32,000 nucleotides of DNA from Caedibacter taeniospiralis (GCF_002803295.2 NZ_PGGB02000001.1:74290-106289); one strand, 5' to 3'. Counted from the first letter of the stretch, positions 8,587 to 17,652 are shown. Notes: generated from the sequence alone by a model not told the origin. Numbers and translations are program-made.

Positions 8587-9365
8587 ATTTCCCCTATATT
8601 TCCACTAAAAATCGTTTTGATTGCACCGGTTAATAAAACCTCTTCTGCCATACACTCAACAATGAGCTGGCTAACTGCATTTTCCACCGTCACCTTGGGT
8701 TTTAATCGCCCAAGATAAACTCCTGAAAAAACACAGGCAATGCTGCCACTGCCACACGATGGCGTGATTCCCGTACCACGCTCCCAATGCTCAACATAGA
8801 TTCGATCGTATGCCAACTGTTTTACTGCATGAACATTTATACCACCTTGATATCTTTGCTGCAGCGACATCCCAAGTTCATCAAAGGAGCCTGCCTCATT
8901 AAGATTACGCCATAACACCAGATGGGGATTCCCCACATCCACTTCCACAGCGGCATCAAACTCCGAATCATCTGTGATGATATATTGCCCAGGCTTAATA
9001 CTGGGCAATGGAAAAGCGACCTGAATCCAATCATGTGCGATCATCTGGCAACGATGCACAAAGCCTCCTACTTCAATTTCAACATGCTGAGTGTTCTTTT
9101 CCGCCAATAGCAAACTTGCCACGGCGCGTAAACCATTGCCACATTGCTTTGCCTTAGAGCCATCTTGATTATAGATGTGCATGCTGGCATCCGCTTTGCC
9201 TGATTTTCTAATCAAAAGCAGCTGATCGGCGCCCACGCCAAAGCGCCGATCACAGATTTGTTTAACTTGCTGGGGCTGCCAATTGCGTGGACGCTCTCGT
9301 TCATCGATTACGACGAAGTCATTGCCCAGCGCGCACATCTTGGTAAATATAAGTGGCTTATTCAC
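8583..9365 (-). CDS. dapF: Diaminopimelate epimerase
   Basis: 260 aa. GNDFVVID motif, with catalytic cysteines in QCGNG and PSCGSGS. Confidence 0.92.
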   Translation of the reverse strand: MNKPLIFTKMCALGNDFVVIDERERPRNWQPQQVKQICDRRFGVGADQLLLIRKSGKADASMHIYNQDGSKAKQCGNGLRAVASLLLAEKNTQHVEIEVGGFVHRCQMIAHDWIQVAFPLPSIKPGQYIITDDSEFDAAVEVDVGNPHLVLWRNLNEAGSFDELGMSLQQRYQGGINVHAVKQLAYDRIYVEHWERGTGITPSCGSGSIACVFSGVYLGRLKPKVTVENAVSQLIVECMAEEVLLTGAIKTIFSGNIGEI

Positions 9366-10596
9366 TGAGGTAATCCTTAAAAATCAATGAGGTATTAATT
9401 CCGCCAAAGGCGAAATTATTGCTCATGACAATATTCGTTTTAATCGCTTGTGCGCTACCCATAATATAATTAAGTCCTGCACAGGCTGCATCGACTTCGA
9501 CAAGATTTGCCGTGGGCATAAACAAACCATCTTTCATCATCATGATGCTAAGCCAGGATTCCAGCGCACCACAAGCTCCCAGAGTATGACCGAAATTGCC
9601 CTTCAATGAACTGATCGGAACCTGGTTACCAAAGATTGCAAAAGTTGCCTCACTTTCGGCAATATCCCCTCTATCAGTCGCGGTACCGTGCGCTGAAATA
9701 TAGCCGATATCTTGAGCCTCAAGCTTTGCATCACTTAAAGCAAGTTTTAATGCTTCAACCATTTTCTCGGCGGTGGGCTGGGTGATATGCCTTGCATCAC
9801 AATTGGTACCAAAACCCGCGACTTCGGCATAAATCTTAGCTCCTCGCGCCTTGGCATGCTCATATTCCTCCAGAATCAATGTACAAGCCCCTTCACCAAG
9901 CACGAGCCCATCTCTGTTTTTATCAAATGGTCTTGGCGTTAAGTGTGGGGAGTCGTTCTTTTGACTCGTTGCAAACAAAGTATCAAAAATCGTCACCTGG
10001 CTTGGACATAACTCTTCAGCACCTCCTGCTAACATGATCTTTTGATAGCCGTGCTTAATCGCTTCATACGCATAACCAATCGCCTGTGAGCTTGAGGTAC
10101 ATGCGCTGGATGTTGGAATTACGCGTCCTGTTAGACCAAAAATCAGTGCTATATTAACTGCACAGGTGTGACTCATTGATTTCAAATAAGTTGTTGCACT
10201 GACATTTTTCACCGTGCATTCTGTTCTTATTTTTATCAGATCACACAAGGCTTCAGTACTCCCAGAGCAAGAGCCATAGGCAATCCCAACCTGTCCACTT
10301 TCCAGTAACTCAAACTCTTCCAACAACCCTGCATCCATCAACGCATTTTCACTTGCTACGGTCGCAAGATGGGCTACACGCCCCATTGATCTTAGCTGCT
10401 TACGCGTATAGTGTTCAGGCATTTTAAAATCAAGAATTGGCGCGCCAAGATTGGTATGTAACCCTTGAATCTGTGACCACTTACTCATTCTTTTTATGGC
10501 TGTTTTACCACTAAGCAACGCCTCTTTAATAGTTTCCCAATCACTTCCTAGAGCGCTGACTCCAGCCATTCCTGTAATCACAACACGCTCTGTCAT
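9358..10596 (-). CDS. Beta-ketoacyl-ACP synthase (FabB/FabF type) with a complete Cys-His-His triad
   Basis: SACTSSSQAIG, HGTATDRGD, GHTLGACG and a C-terminal FAFGGINTSLIF. ATG 10596 overlaps the upstream stop (ATGA). The ORF track start 10656 is probably too far upstream. Confidence 0.88.
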   Translation of the reverse strand: MTERVVITGMAGVSALGSDWETIKEALLSGKTAIKRMSKWSQIQGLHTNLGAPILDFKMPEHYTRKQLRSMGRVAHLATVASENALMDAGLLEEFELLESGQVGIAYGSCSGSTEALCDLIKIRTECTVKNVSATTYLKSMSHTCAVNIALIFGLTGRVIPTSSACTSSSQAIGYAYEAIKHGYQKIMLAGGAEELCPSQVTIFDTLFATSQKNDSPHLTPRPFDKNRDGLVLGEGACTLILEEYEHAKARGAKIYAEVAGFGTNCDARHITQPTAEKMVEALKLALSDAKLEAQDIGYISAHGTATDRGDIAESEATFAIFGNQVPISSLKGNFGHTLGACGALESWLSIMMMKDGLFMPTANLVEVDAACAGLNYIMGSAQAIKTNIVMSNNFAFGGINTSLIFKDYLSE

Positions 10597-11321
10597 ATGA
10601 GTCCACCATTGACTGAAATCACTTGGCGCGTGATGTAACTTGCAGCATCTGAGCATAGAAAGTTAATGACAGCGGCGACCTCTTCCACTGTACCCGCGCG
10701 ACGCATGGGGATACGTTTTTCAATTTCGTTTTTGTACTCTAAATCCTTGGTCATATCAGTTTCTATCAAGCCAGGAGCAACGCAATTGACGGTAATTTTA
10801 CGTTTAGCAAGTTCCAATGCCAGGGCTTTAGTCGCACCAATAATGCCTGATTTTGCCGCACTATAATTGACCTGTCCTTTATTGCCAGCCATTCCTGAGA
10901 CTGATGCCAGCGTCACGATTCTGCCACCTGTACGCTGCTGAATCATCGGCATCACACAGGGCTTTAGCACATTGTAGAAGCCATCGAGGTTGGTATGAAT
11001 GACACGATCCGACATATCTTCTTCCATTGCAGGAAACGGCACATCCAGACAAATGCCCGCATTATTAACAACCGCATAAAATGCGCCATTTTGCGCAATT
11101 TCTGCCATCAGCCTCTCTTTACAGGCTGCTCTATCTTGTATATCAAACTGGATTAAACAAGCCTTTCTGCCATTTTCCTCAATGAGGCGAGCGGTTTCTT
11201 TTGCCCCCTTATCATCACGATGGTAATGCACGACCACTTCAAACCCTGATTGTGCGAGCATAATCGCCACACTTTGACCAATGCCTTTACTGGCCCCCGT
11301 TACTAACGCTCTTCTAGTCAA
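10593..11321 (-). CDS. 3-oxoacyl-ACP reductase (SDR, FabG-like)
   Basis: 242 aa. Contains TGASKGIG, NNAG and YSAAKSG (YxxxK). Confidence 0.9.
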   Translation of the reverse strand: MTRRALVTGASKGIGQSVAIMLAQSGFEVVVHYHRDDKGAKETARLIEENGRKACLIQFDIQDRAACKERLMAEIAQNGAFYAVVNNAGICLDVPFPAMEEDMSDRVIHTNLDGFYNVLKPCVMPMIQQRTGGRIVTLASVSGMAGNKGQVNYSAAKSGIIGATKALALELAKRKITVNCVAPGLIETDMTKDLEYKNEIEKRIPMRRAGTVEEVAAVINFLCSDAASYITRQVISVNGGLI

Positions 11322-11775
11322 AATTTTTCCCTTGAATAATTTGTTTAAACTCTATCTCACTAGGCTGATACGCACTAAATTTAGCCGATGCCACACATTT
11401 TCCCTCCTGGTGAATTTCACATAAAAAAACTCCCAAAGGATCGCTAATCATCTCTTTTTTGGCAATGACGGTCAAAGTATCCCCTTCATTAAAGCTCACT
11501 TGCTCTGTTTTAAAATTTCTCACACTAATCATAAACCCACGCCTTGGAGCATGTTGCTCTTTATCACCCTGAAAATAGGCAAGGGCAGCGGATGCCTGCG
11601 CCATCATCTCAATGCCAACCCAAGCATAAACCCCCTTGATTTCTTTGTCATAGAAAATATGCTCTGGGGTAATTTTAACCCCGCAAACAGCCTGATCTTC
11701 ATTAACCTGCTCGAAGGTGTCAATCAACCGCATCGGCGGTGATTGTGGGATTATTTCACTTAAATCATACTGCAT
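11314..11775 (-). CDS. Hotdog-fold 3-hydroxyacyl-ACP dehydratase (FabA/FabZ-like)
   Basis: N-terminus IIPQSPPMRLID and a histidine in ITPEHIFY, with a hotdog-like pattern. ATG 11775 is preferred. The ORF track uses TTG 11811, which has no SD. Confidence 0.72.
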   Translation of the reverse strand: MQYDLSEIIPQSPPMRLIDTFEQVNEDQAVCGVKITPEHIFYDKEIKGVYAWVGIEMMAQASAALAYFQGDKEQHAPRRGFMISVRNFKTEQVSFNEGDTLTVIAKKEMISDPLGVFLCEIHQEGKCVASAKFSAYQPSEIEFKQIIQGKNFD

Positions 11776-11814
11776 ACTCAGTCCATCACATAAAACAATG
11801 ACTATTGCCAATAA

Positions 11815-12975
11815 TTAAACTGACGTTATTACCACCGAAATACTCATAAAGCAGGGCTTTTCCCAAACGCTTTTATCATTCGTTAATTGGATTGCCGATA
11901 ATTTTGGGTCAAAATGATCATTGTTTACTTGTGCAGGTAACTTTCTCTCAGGGTTATATGCTTTCAAGAGTAAAAGCGCACATAATGCCATCTCCGTCGC
12001 ACTTGCAGCACCCAAAGTGTGACCTGTTAGAGGCTTAGTTGAGCTGCAGCATACGCGATCCGCAAAGACTTCATAAATTGCGCAACTTTCCATCGCATCA
12101 TTTTTGGGCGTTGCCGTCCCATGCGTGTTGATATAGGCAATATCCATGGGCTTAATATTGGCGTCCATGAGTGCATTAAGCATCGCTTGTTTTGCCCCTT
12201 TGCCTTCTGGGTCTGGGGAGGTGATATGATAGGCATCAGAAGTCTCACCGCCGCCTAATAACTCAAGTTCGCTTGAATGCTTACTTAAAATAAATAATGC
12301 CACACCTTCTCCAATATTAATGCCATCCCGATTTTGCTGAAACGGCTGGCAAATACCACTTGAGATAGAATCTAGCGCATCAAAGCCATTTAGTGGCAAT
12401 TGCGATAAGCTATCGGCTCCACCAACAATACACAAATCACACAGTCCTGCCTTGATTAGGTGTTTTGCGGACATAAATGCTTTGCCACTGGAAGAACAGG
12501 CAGTTGAGATCACATAGGCAGGACCTCGGGCAGCTGCAAGTTTTGCAACAAACTCCGCCATTGTGCCAAATTCCTGCTGATGATAATGAAAACTCCTTGG
12601 CATTTGCCCTGTCCTGGCATAATGCTGATAAGCCATCTCTCCTTCTAAAATGCCTGAGGTACTTGTGCCTAAGATCACGCCTATTCTTTCTGGATTCATC
12701 TTGTGTGATAAATCTTCATAGGCGGACTTTATTTCCTGAAATGCTTTAAATAGCAATCGATTATTATGACAGTCAACCTGCTGATATTGCTCTGGCAAAC
12801 TCGTTAGCTGAGCTGTCACTTTTCCCACATAGGTTTTCCTGCCACTAAAGAGCGCATCATATGGAATCAGCACTGCGCGATTCGCCAGTAACGCCCTGGC
12901 AACTTCTTCTTTACCATCACCTAGCGCATTGATCACAGCAAAATCATTAATATAGACATTATTTTTCATATTCAA
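11815..12975 (-). CDS. Beta-ketoacyl-ACP synthase, second copy. The C-terminal ~10 codons appear frameshifted.
   Basis: ISTACSSSGKAF, HGTATPKND and TGHTLGAASA are present. The annotated frame ends MSISVVITSV, whereas the adjacent frame reads GGNNVSLIIG, the canonical KS C-terminus. Confidence 0.82.
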   Translation of the reverse strand: MNMKNNVYINDFAVINALGDGKEEVARALLANRAVLIPYDALFSGRKTYVGKVTAQLTSLPEQYQQVDCHNNRLLFKAFQEIKSAYEDLSHKMNPERIGVILGTSTSGILEGEMAYQHYARTGQMPRSFHYHQQEFGTMAEFVAKLAAARGPAYVISTACSSSGKAFMSAKHLIKAGLCDLCIVGGADSLSQLPLNGFDALDSISSGICQPFQQNRDGINIGEGVALFILSKHSSELELLGGGETSDAYHITSPDPEGKGAKQAMLNALMDANIKPMDIAYINTHGTATPKNDAMESCAIYEVFADRVCCSSTKPLTGHTLGAASATEMALCALLLLKAYNPERKLPAQVNNDHFDPKLSAIQLTNDKSVWEKPCFMSISVVITSV

Positions 12976-13556
12976 TAGTCATTTGTTTGCCCAAAGGAAG
13001 TCATGGACAAAAAGGTTGAAATTTGCCTAAAGCTCACCTCAATATCGCTATACGCGTGACCTTGCCCCGTCTTAATATCGATATTCGCACCTGCAAATAC
13101 CTGTTTAGCAAATTGTATGGGTGTTGTCATATCATCCTCCTGCAGCAATACCAGGTAATTTTTCAAATCTTTCAACGTTTTTGGCATTGCATTAACCAGC
13201 ATCATCGCCTCTTCATACACATGCTGATAGGCAGGAGTTTCCGCGATCAAATCAAGGCGTACGGCGGGATTAATTAAAACCACCTTATCAACATCATCAC
13301 GAAGCTGCTTTTGCAAATGCGCCATATAGCCGCCCAGGGAGCTGCCGATAATTACTTTGTGCCTGGCGTTCGTTCTTGTCAGCAAGCGATCAATTAAGTC
13401 GAATGCTTCTTTGGTCGTCGCTGGCAATTGTGGTGCTTCTATGATCGCGTGAGGATACTGTTGCTTTAACCATACTTTAAGTTTTTGCGCTTTTGGGGAA
13501 TCAGGGGAGCCCTGAAATCCATGTAAATATAAAAAATAAAGGCTGCTATTATCCAT
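12972..13556 (-). CDS. YqiA-like alpha/beta-hydrolase esterase (UPF0227 family)
   Basis: 194 aa. LYLHGFQGSP and the nucleophile elbow GSSLGG. Its stop overlaps the downstream KS start (ATGA). Confidence 0.75.
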   Translation of the reverse strand: MDNSSLYFLYLHGFQGSPDSPKAQKLKVWLKQQYPHAIIEAPQLPATTKEAFDLIDRLLTRTNARHKVIIGSSLGGYMAHLQKQLRDDVDKVVLINPAVRLDLIAETPAYQHVYEEAMMLVNAMPKTLKDLKNYLVLLQEDDMTTPIQFAKQVFAGANIDIKTGQGHAYSDIEVSFRQISTFLSMTSFGQTNDY

Positions 13557-13562
13557 TTTTCC

Positions 13563-15257
13563 TCACAACATGTACTGCCAACAATTAATCAAATGATAGC
13601 CCGTGGTCGATTTTATCAAGTTAAAACCAGGATTACCTGAATAATCGACGTACTCAACAGGTAAATCATGATCGATAAAGGTCGCACTGAATGTATCAAA
13701 CACTGAGGCTAAAGACGCAGATTGTCCGCTCATTGCCAAGTAACGCATATACTCCAGCATCGGCCAAATGCGATATGGCGAGGTTTGTTCATTTTCATGC
13801 AGATTGGGTCTCACGTATCCCTTCGCACTCAAGCCTTGCTTTAAAGTCTGCTCAAAGAGGGTTTTATCATCATCCATCACACTGATATCAACACCTAAAC
13901 TCTTCGCTTCGGTCATTAAAGAGCACCACTCAAAGCTGTGTCCTGGCTCAAATATTTCAGGTTGCTCTTCAATAGAGTACTCACGTATCAGTTTTTTTTG
14001 TGGATCAAAAAACAATACCATGATCTTGCGATACAAGTCTTCGGCTTGCGCTTTAAATAAAGTTTCACGGGTATGCCGAAAAGCCATCAAATAGCCTTCA
14101 AACAAGTGCATCAGTGCATTTTGACCAATCACCCCTGTTTCACTTCTTAAGCGACTAAATTCGTTTTCGATAAATTTTTGGTGAATGCGTGTGTGAACAT
14201 TTAAAATGTCCTCCAACAACGCTTCCTCCTTAAAATTGCCATACAGCTCACTTAGCGAAAACAACAAAAAGGCGTATTCATACGGATCGTTGTCATTTTT
14301 GCAGAGCTTGTCTTTGTACCAACCCTGGCTAACTGAATCAAAATATTCATTTTTGATCATCTGATATAGCTGATAGGCTTTATTAAGTCCCTCTGTTGTA
14401 TTGGTTAAGCGTGCATATGTTAGTAAATAAAACATGCCGCGCGTTTGGCACAATAGTCTCGTGCAATCTGCGTCAATTTCATGGGGTTTATCCAAAAACT
14501 CTGGCACATAACCCAAGTGCTCAATATTTTTAATAAGAAGCTGGTAATAACACTCCATCCAGAGCTGAATTGCCTTTTGCCTGTTTTTCAATTCAATTGC
14601 CGATAAGATTTTATCGAATACCTCTCTGATGCCCAAGTGACCTGTATCGATAATCCACGCATCTTCTGCAGGTCTTAATGGTGCCACGACCCTATTTCTA
14701 TCTTGCCTGTCCCGCGCCTCTAACTGCGCCAAAATCTCGTCATAGTCTGCCTTTTCACCTTTTACTGCAAGCTCGTCAAAACGTCTCTTTGCACGTATTC
14801 TGCTATTTGCTTCAAGAAAAAATTTATGCTTGGCATGAGGAAATACTACCGTTCCCATATCTCTGCCATCTGCCACAAGTCCATTCACACCTTCTGCAAA
14901 GTCCTTTTGACACTGCATTAGCGCATCTCTTACCACAGATATTTTTGCAATCTTAGAAGCCATCATTCCTGTTTGCTCTTCGCGAATGCGGCTACTAACA
15001 TCAACTTCATCCAAATAGGCTTTTGTCTTATCTGCCTCAACCGAGAAACGAATATTCAGCTGCGCTAGCTTTTTTGCCAACATACGCTCATCATCCAATG
15101 GCAACTGGTGATCTAACACATAAAGTGCCGCCAGTCGATAAATTGCACCACTGTCTAGCAGGGCATAATTGAACTTTTGTGCCAATAATCGTGACAATGT
15201 GCCCTTACCCACACCACTGGGTCCATCAATCGTAATAATTTCTACTTTATTTGGCAT
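13563..15257 (-). CDS. cmk: Fusion protein: N-terminal cytidylate kinase plus a C-terminal N-acylglucosamine 2-epimerase (AGE) superfamily (alpha/alpha)6-barrel domain
   Basis: The Cmk part has IITIDGPSGVGKGT, LDSGAIYR and a DGRDMGTVVFP-like motif. The C-terminal ~340 aa has QTRGMFYLLTYA, YEYAFLLFSL, NALMHLFEGY, EPGHSFEW and TTGYH. One uninterrupted ORF. ATG 15257 has an aagg SD. The ORF track start is 15290. Confidence 0.82.
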   Translation of the reverse strand: MPNKVEIITIDGPSGVGKGTLSRLLAQKFNYALLDSGAIYRLAALYVLDHQLPLDDERMLAKKLAQLNIRFSVEADKTKAYLDEVDVSSRIREEQTGMMASKIAKISVVRDALMQCQKDFAEGVNGLVADGRDMGTVVFPHAKHKFFLEANSRIRAKRRFDELAVKGEKADYDEILAQLEARDRQDRNRVVAPLRPAEDAWIIDTGHLGIREVFDKILSAIELKNRQKAIQLWMECYYQLLIKNIEHLGYVPEFLDKPHEIDADCTRLLCQTRGMFYLLTYARLTNTTEGLNKAYQLYQMIKNEYFDSVSQGWYKDKLCKNDNDPYEYAFLLFSLSELYGNFKEEALLEDILNVHTRIHQKFIENEFSRLRSETGVIGQNALMHLFEGYLMAFRHTRETLFKAQAEDLYRKIMVLFFDPQKKLIREYSIEEQPEIFEPGHSFEWCSLMTEAKSLGVDISVMDDDKTLFEQTLKQGLSAKGYVRPNLHENEQTSPYRIWPMLEYMRYLAMSGQSASLASVFDTFSATFIDHDLPVEYVDYSGNPGFNLIKSTTGYHLINCWQYML

Positions 15258-15441
15258 ATTTCTAACCTTAAACTCAAATGCCAAGGGCATTCAACAATAT
15301 ATCTATGAAGAATTTTGCGCCCAATTCTACTATCTATTGTTGAAGAAACCAAACTATACCCATCGCAAATCATGGTCGCCTCATTAAAATTTTGCCCATG
15401 GCACTACCTTGTAGAATCTCGTCAACTATACTTTTTGACAT

Positions 15442-17652
15442 ATGGATTATCAGGATCTGCTGAACATGAATAAAACGGGACATCGTGAACAAGGCAGTGT
15501 ACTACTGATAGCACTCATCATTGTTGCTGTAGTATCAATATTATCAGGTGTTATTTTGTATATGCTGAAAGTCAGTATGGTGCAAAATCAGGCGATTGAA
15601 AACTACAATAATGCGCGCAATGCTGCGTTTTTATCTTTAAAAAATACGATGGAAACAAATGATTACCCCTACACCAATACACCTTTAAGTCCTGTTGTAA
15701 AAAATTATACTTCAAACGCTGAAAACATTACCGTGACTAGTACGGTACCTGTGGATTTAAATGATGCTATCTTTCCCGATCATGCGGCGCTTAATAACGC
15801 CTCCGCCGTGTTGCAATATGGTGTAAATATACGGGTTACTGCACAGGCACAACACCAGATCGAATACGTAGCTATTGTCAATGCGCCCAGCCAATACAGG
15901 CAATTAAATGATTTAACATCGCAAGCAATACAAAATGTGAATATCCCTGCAGTAATTTTGACTAACTTGAATGCTTTACAAAAAAACGCTAACAATACGA
16001 TAGATGACGGGCAGGCAGGATTTCTAGGGACTATCAGTGTGGATAACACAGGAACCGTTGGGGCAGCTGGTTCTGGTAAACAGCTGAACTATAGTCCAAC
16101 CACGGGAGGGAGCCATAGTTTAGAATTTGCAGATAATGGGAATTACAAGCTCGAACAAGGCTGGTATTTAAATGCTGGAGCTTGGCATTGGCGTTTGATC
16201 ATCTATGAGGGGGCGTATGCTTACTATACGGAGATAGCTTTATCTACACTGAAAGCTCAGTCAGGGAGTTTTGCTAATTTAGCCTGGACGCGCCTTCTTG
16301 TGCAAGACATGCTAAGCTCCCCCAATCAATATGACTCAAGTAAAGAATATCCAGCAGGCAGTTATGTGAACTATGCTGGGCAGATTTTTGTGGCGTTAAG
16401 TGAGGTCAACACAGGTCAGAATAAAGACCCTTACAGTAATTGGAGCCAATGGCGATTAATCATCCCATTTGGTACCTATCCAGCATGGAATGCGGATGTC
16501 CAATACTACAAAGGTGATATTATTACGTACAATGGTGTCAAATATGTTGGTACCATGAACAATGGGGTCGGGAAGGGGGATCCTCCCAGTAATGGCTGGG
16601 CAGTGGCGCAGTTTAATCCTGCGCCTTGGCAGAATCAAGTTTATGATCCTGGTGAGTTCGTAACTTATGAGGGCTATACTTTTGTCAACGTCCATAAAAG
16701 TGTCGCGAGCAAAACACCATTTGAAGAGAGTGACCGCTGGAGGGTTGTTTTACCAGAGAATAGTCAGCCACTGGCTTATGATCCCCATATTTATTACACA
16801 GAAGGTTTTAAAATCAGCTATAAGAATAATATTTTTGTAAACACCCAAGGGACAATGGAAAGCCCTGATTCCTCTCAGGCTAATCGGTGGCTTAAGATTA
16901 CGACACCGATATATACAATAAAATGGATCAATATCTTTAATCTCATTTATGGTTTTACCCTCATTCAAACTACCGATGGTACTATTAAAGGGTTCATTTT
17001 TGATAATGTGGGGAATCAGGCGAGTGCGGCAGTGGAGTTAGTGACACTCTCAGATGTGACTCATGCCTATATTTTACCTATAGATATCAGAGCGAATCAG
17101 AATGTAACCAGGTTACTGTTGTTTCTATCCGTGGCTTCGGGACTTAAGCATATTGTTGACATCACGTTAAATTCACAAGCTCAGATCACAGCAAGCACGA
17201 TTATTTACACAAAAGATGATCCAGAGGAACAACTTAGCTATGTTCCACAGGTTTTGTTTAGAGATGAAAGTAGCCATTTTTTGGTCGTGCCATACCAAAG
17301 CTACATCGAGATTTATGTCTATCCCTCTTCATCAACTACACCTTCGGCTGTTTTAAATCGATCAGTTAGTTTTCCAGGGGAAACGCTGAAACAAGTCATT
17401 CCTTTTCAGGGTTTTGTAATGGTGATTACCGAGAGTAATAGCAATCCTCCTAATGGTTTTGCCCATTTTATTGCCTTGAGAGTTAATAAGGAATTTGCCA
17501 CTGTCAATCTAAGCTCAACGACTGGCGTTTATATAACTTACAATCCAGTAACGCAACAAACGCGACTTAACACTTCAACAGACTCAATCGGGATCGAAAT
17601 TCAAGATGCGCCTATGCCTTATGGCGTGATTGGAGTGCGGGCATTGCAATAA
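15442..17652 (+). CDS. PilX-N-like membrane-anchored protein with four CBM5/12-like repeats and a beta-rich C-terminal domain
   Basis: The N-terminus REQGSVLLIALIIVAVVSILSGVILYML...NARNAAF resembles the PilX N-terminal domain of minor pilins. There is no canonical G/FTLxE prepilin cleavage motif. An alternative start is ATG 15466. Confidence 0.68.
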   Translation: MDYQDLLNMNKTGHREQGSVLLIALIIVAVVSILSGVILYMLKVSMVQNQAIENYNNARNAAFLSLKNTMETNDYPYTNTPLSPVVKNYTSNAENITVTSTVPVDLNDAIFPDHAALNNASAVLQYGVNIRVTAQAQHQIEYVAIVNAPSQYRQLNDLTSQAIQNVNIPAVILTNLNALQKNANNTIDDGQAGFLGTISVDNTGTVGAAGSGKQLNYSPTTGGSHSLEFADNGNYKLEQGWYLNAGAWHWRLIIYEGAYAYYTEIALSTLKAQSGSFANLAWTRLLVQDMLSSPNQYDSSKEYPAGSYVNYAGQIFVALSEVNTGQNKDPYSNWSQWRLIIPFGTYPAWNADVQYYKGDIITYNGVKYVGTMNNGVGKGDPPSNGWAVAQFNPAPWQNQVYDPGEFVTYEGYTFVNVHKSVASKTPFEESDRWRVVLPENSQPLAYDPHIYYTEGFKISYKNNIFVNTQGTMESPDSSQANRWLKITTPIYTIKWINIFNLIYGFTLIQTTDGTIKGFIFDNVGNQASAAVELVTLSDVTHAYILPIDIRANQNVTRLLLFLSVASGLKHIVDITLNSQAQITASTIIYTKDDPEEQLSYVPQVLFRDESSHFLVVPYQSYIEIYVYPSSSTTPSAVLNRSVSFPGETLKQVIPFQGFVMVITESNSNPPNGFAHFIALRVNKEFATVNLSSTTGVYITYNPVTQQTRLNTSTDSIGIEIQDAPMPYGVIGVRALQ
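16324..16899 (+). repeat. Protein-level tandem repeat: four ~45-aa CBM5/12-like (chitin-binding type) modules inside the PilX-like CDS
   Basis: The modules are YPAGSYVNYAGQIFVAL...WSQWRLI, YPAWNADVQYYKGDIITYNGVKYVG...NGWAVA, APWQNQVYDPGEFVTYEGYTFVN...DRWRVV and YDPHIYYTEGFKISYKNNIFVN...NRWLKI. All fit the pattern W/Y..Y..G..V.Y.G..Y......P....W. Confidence 0.6.
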
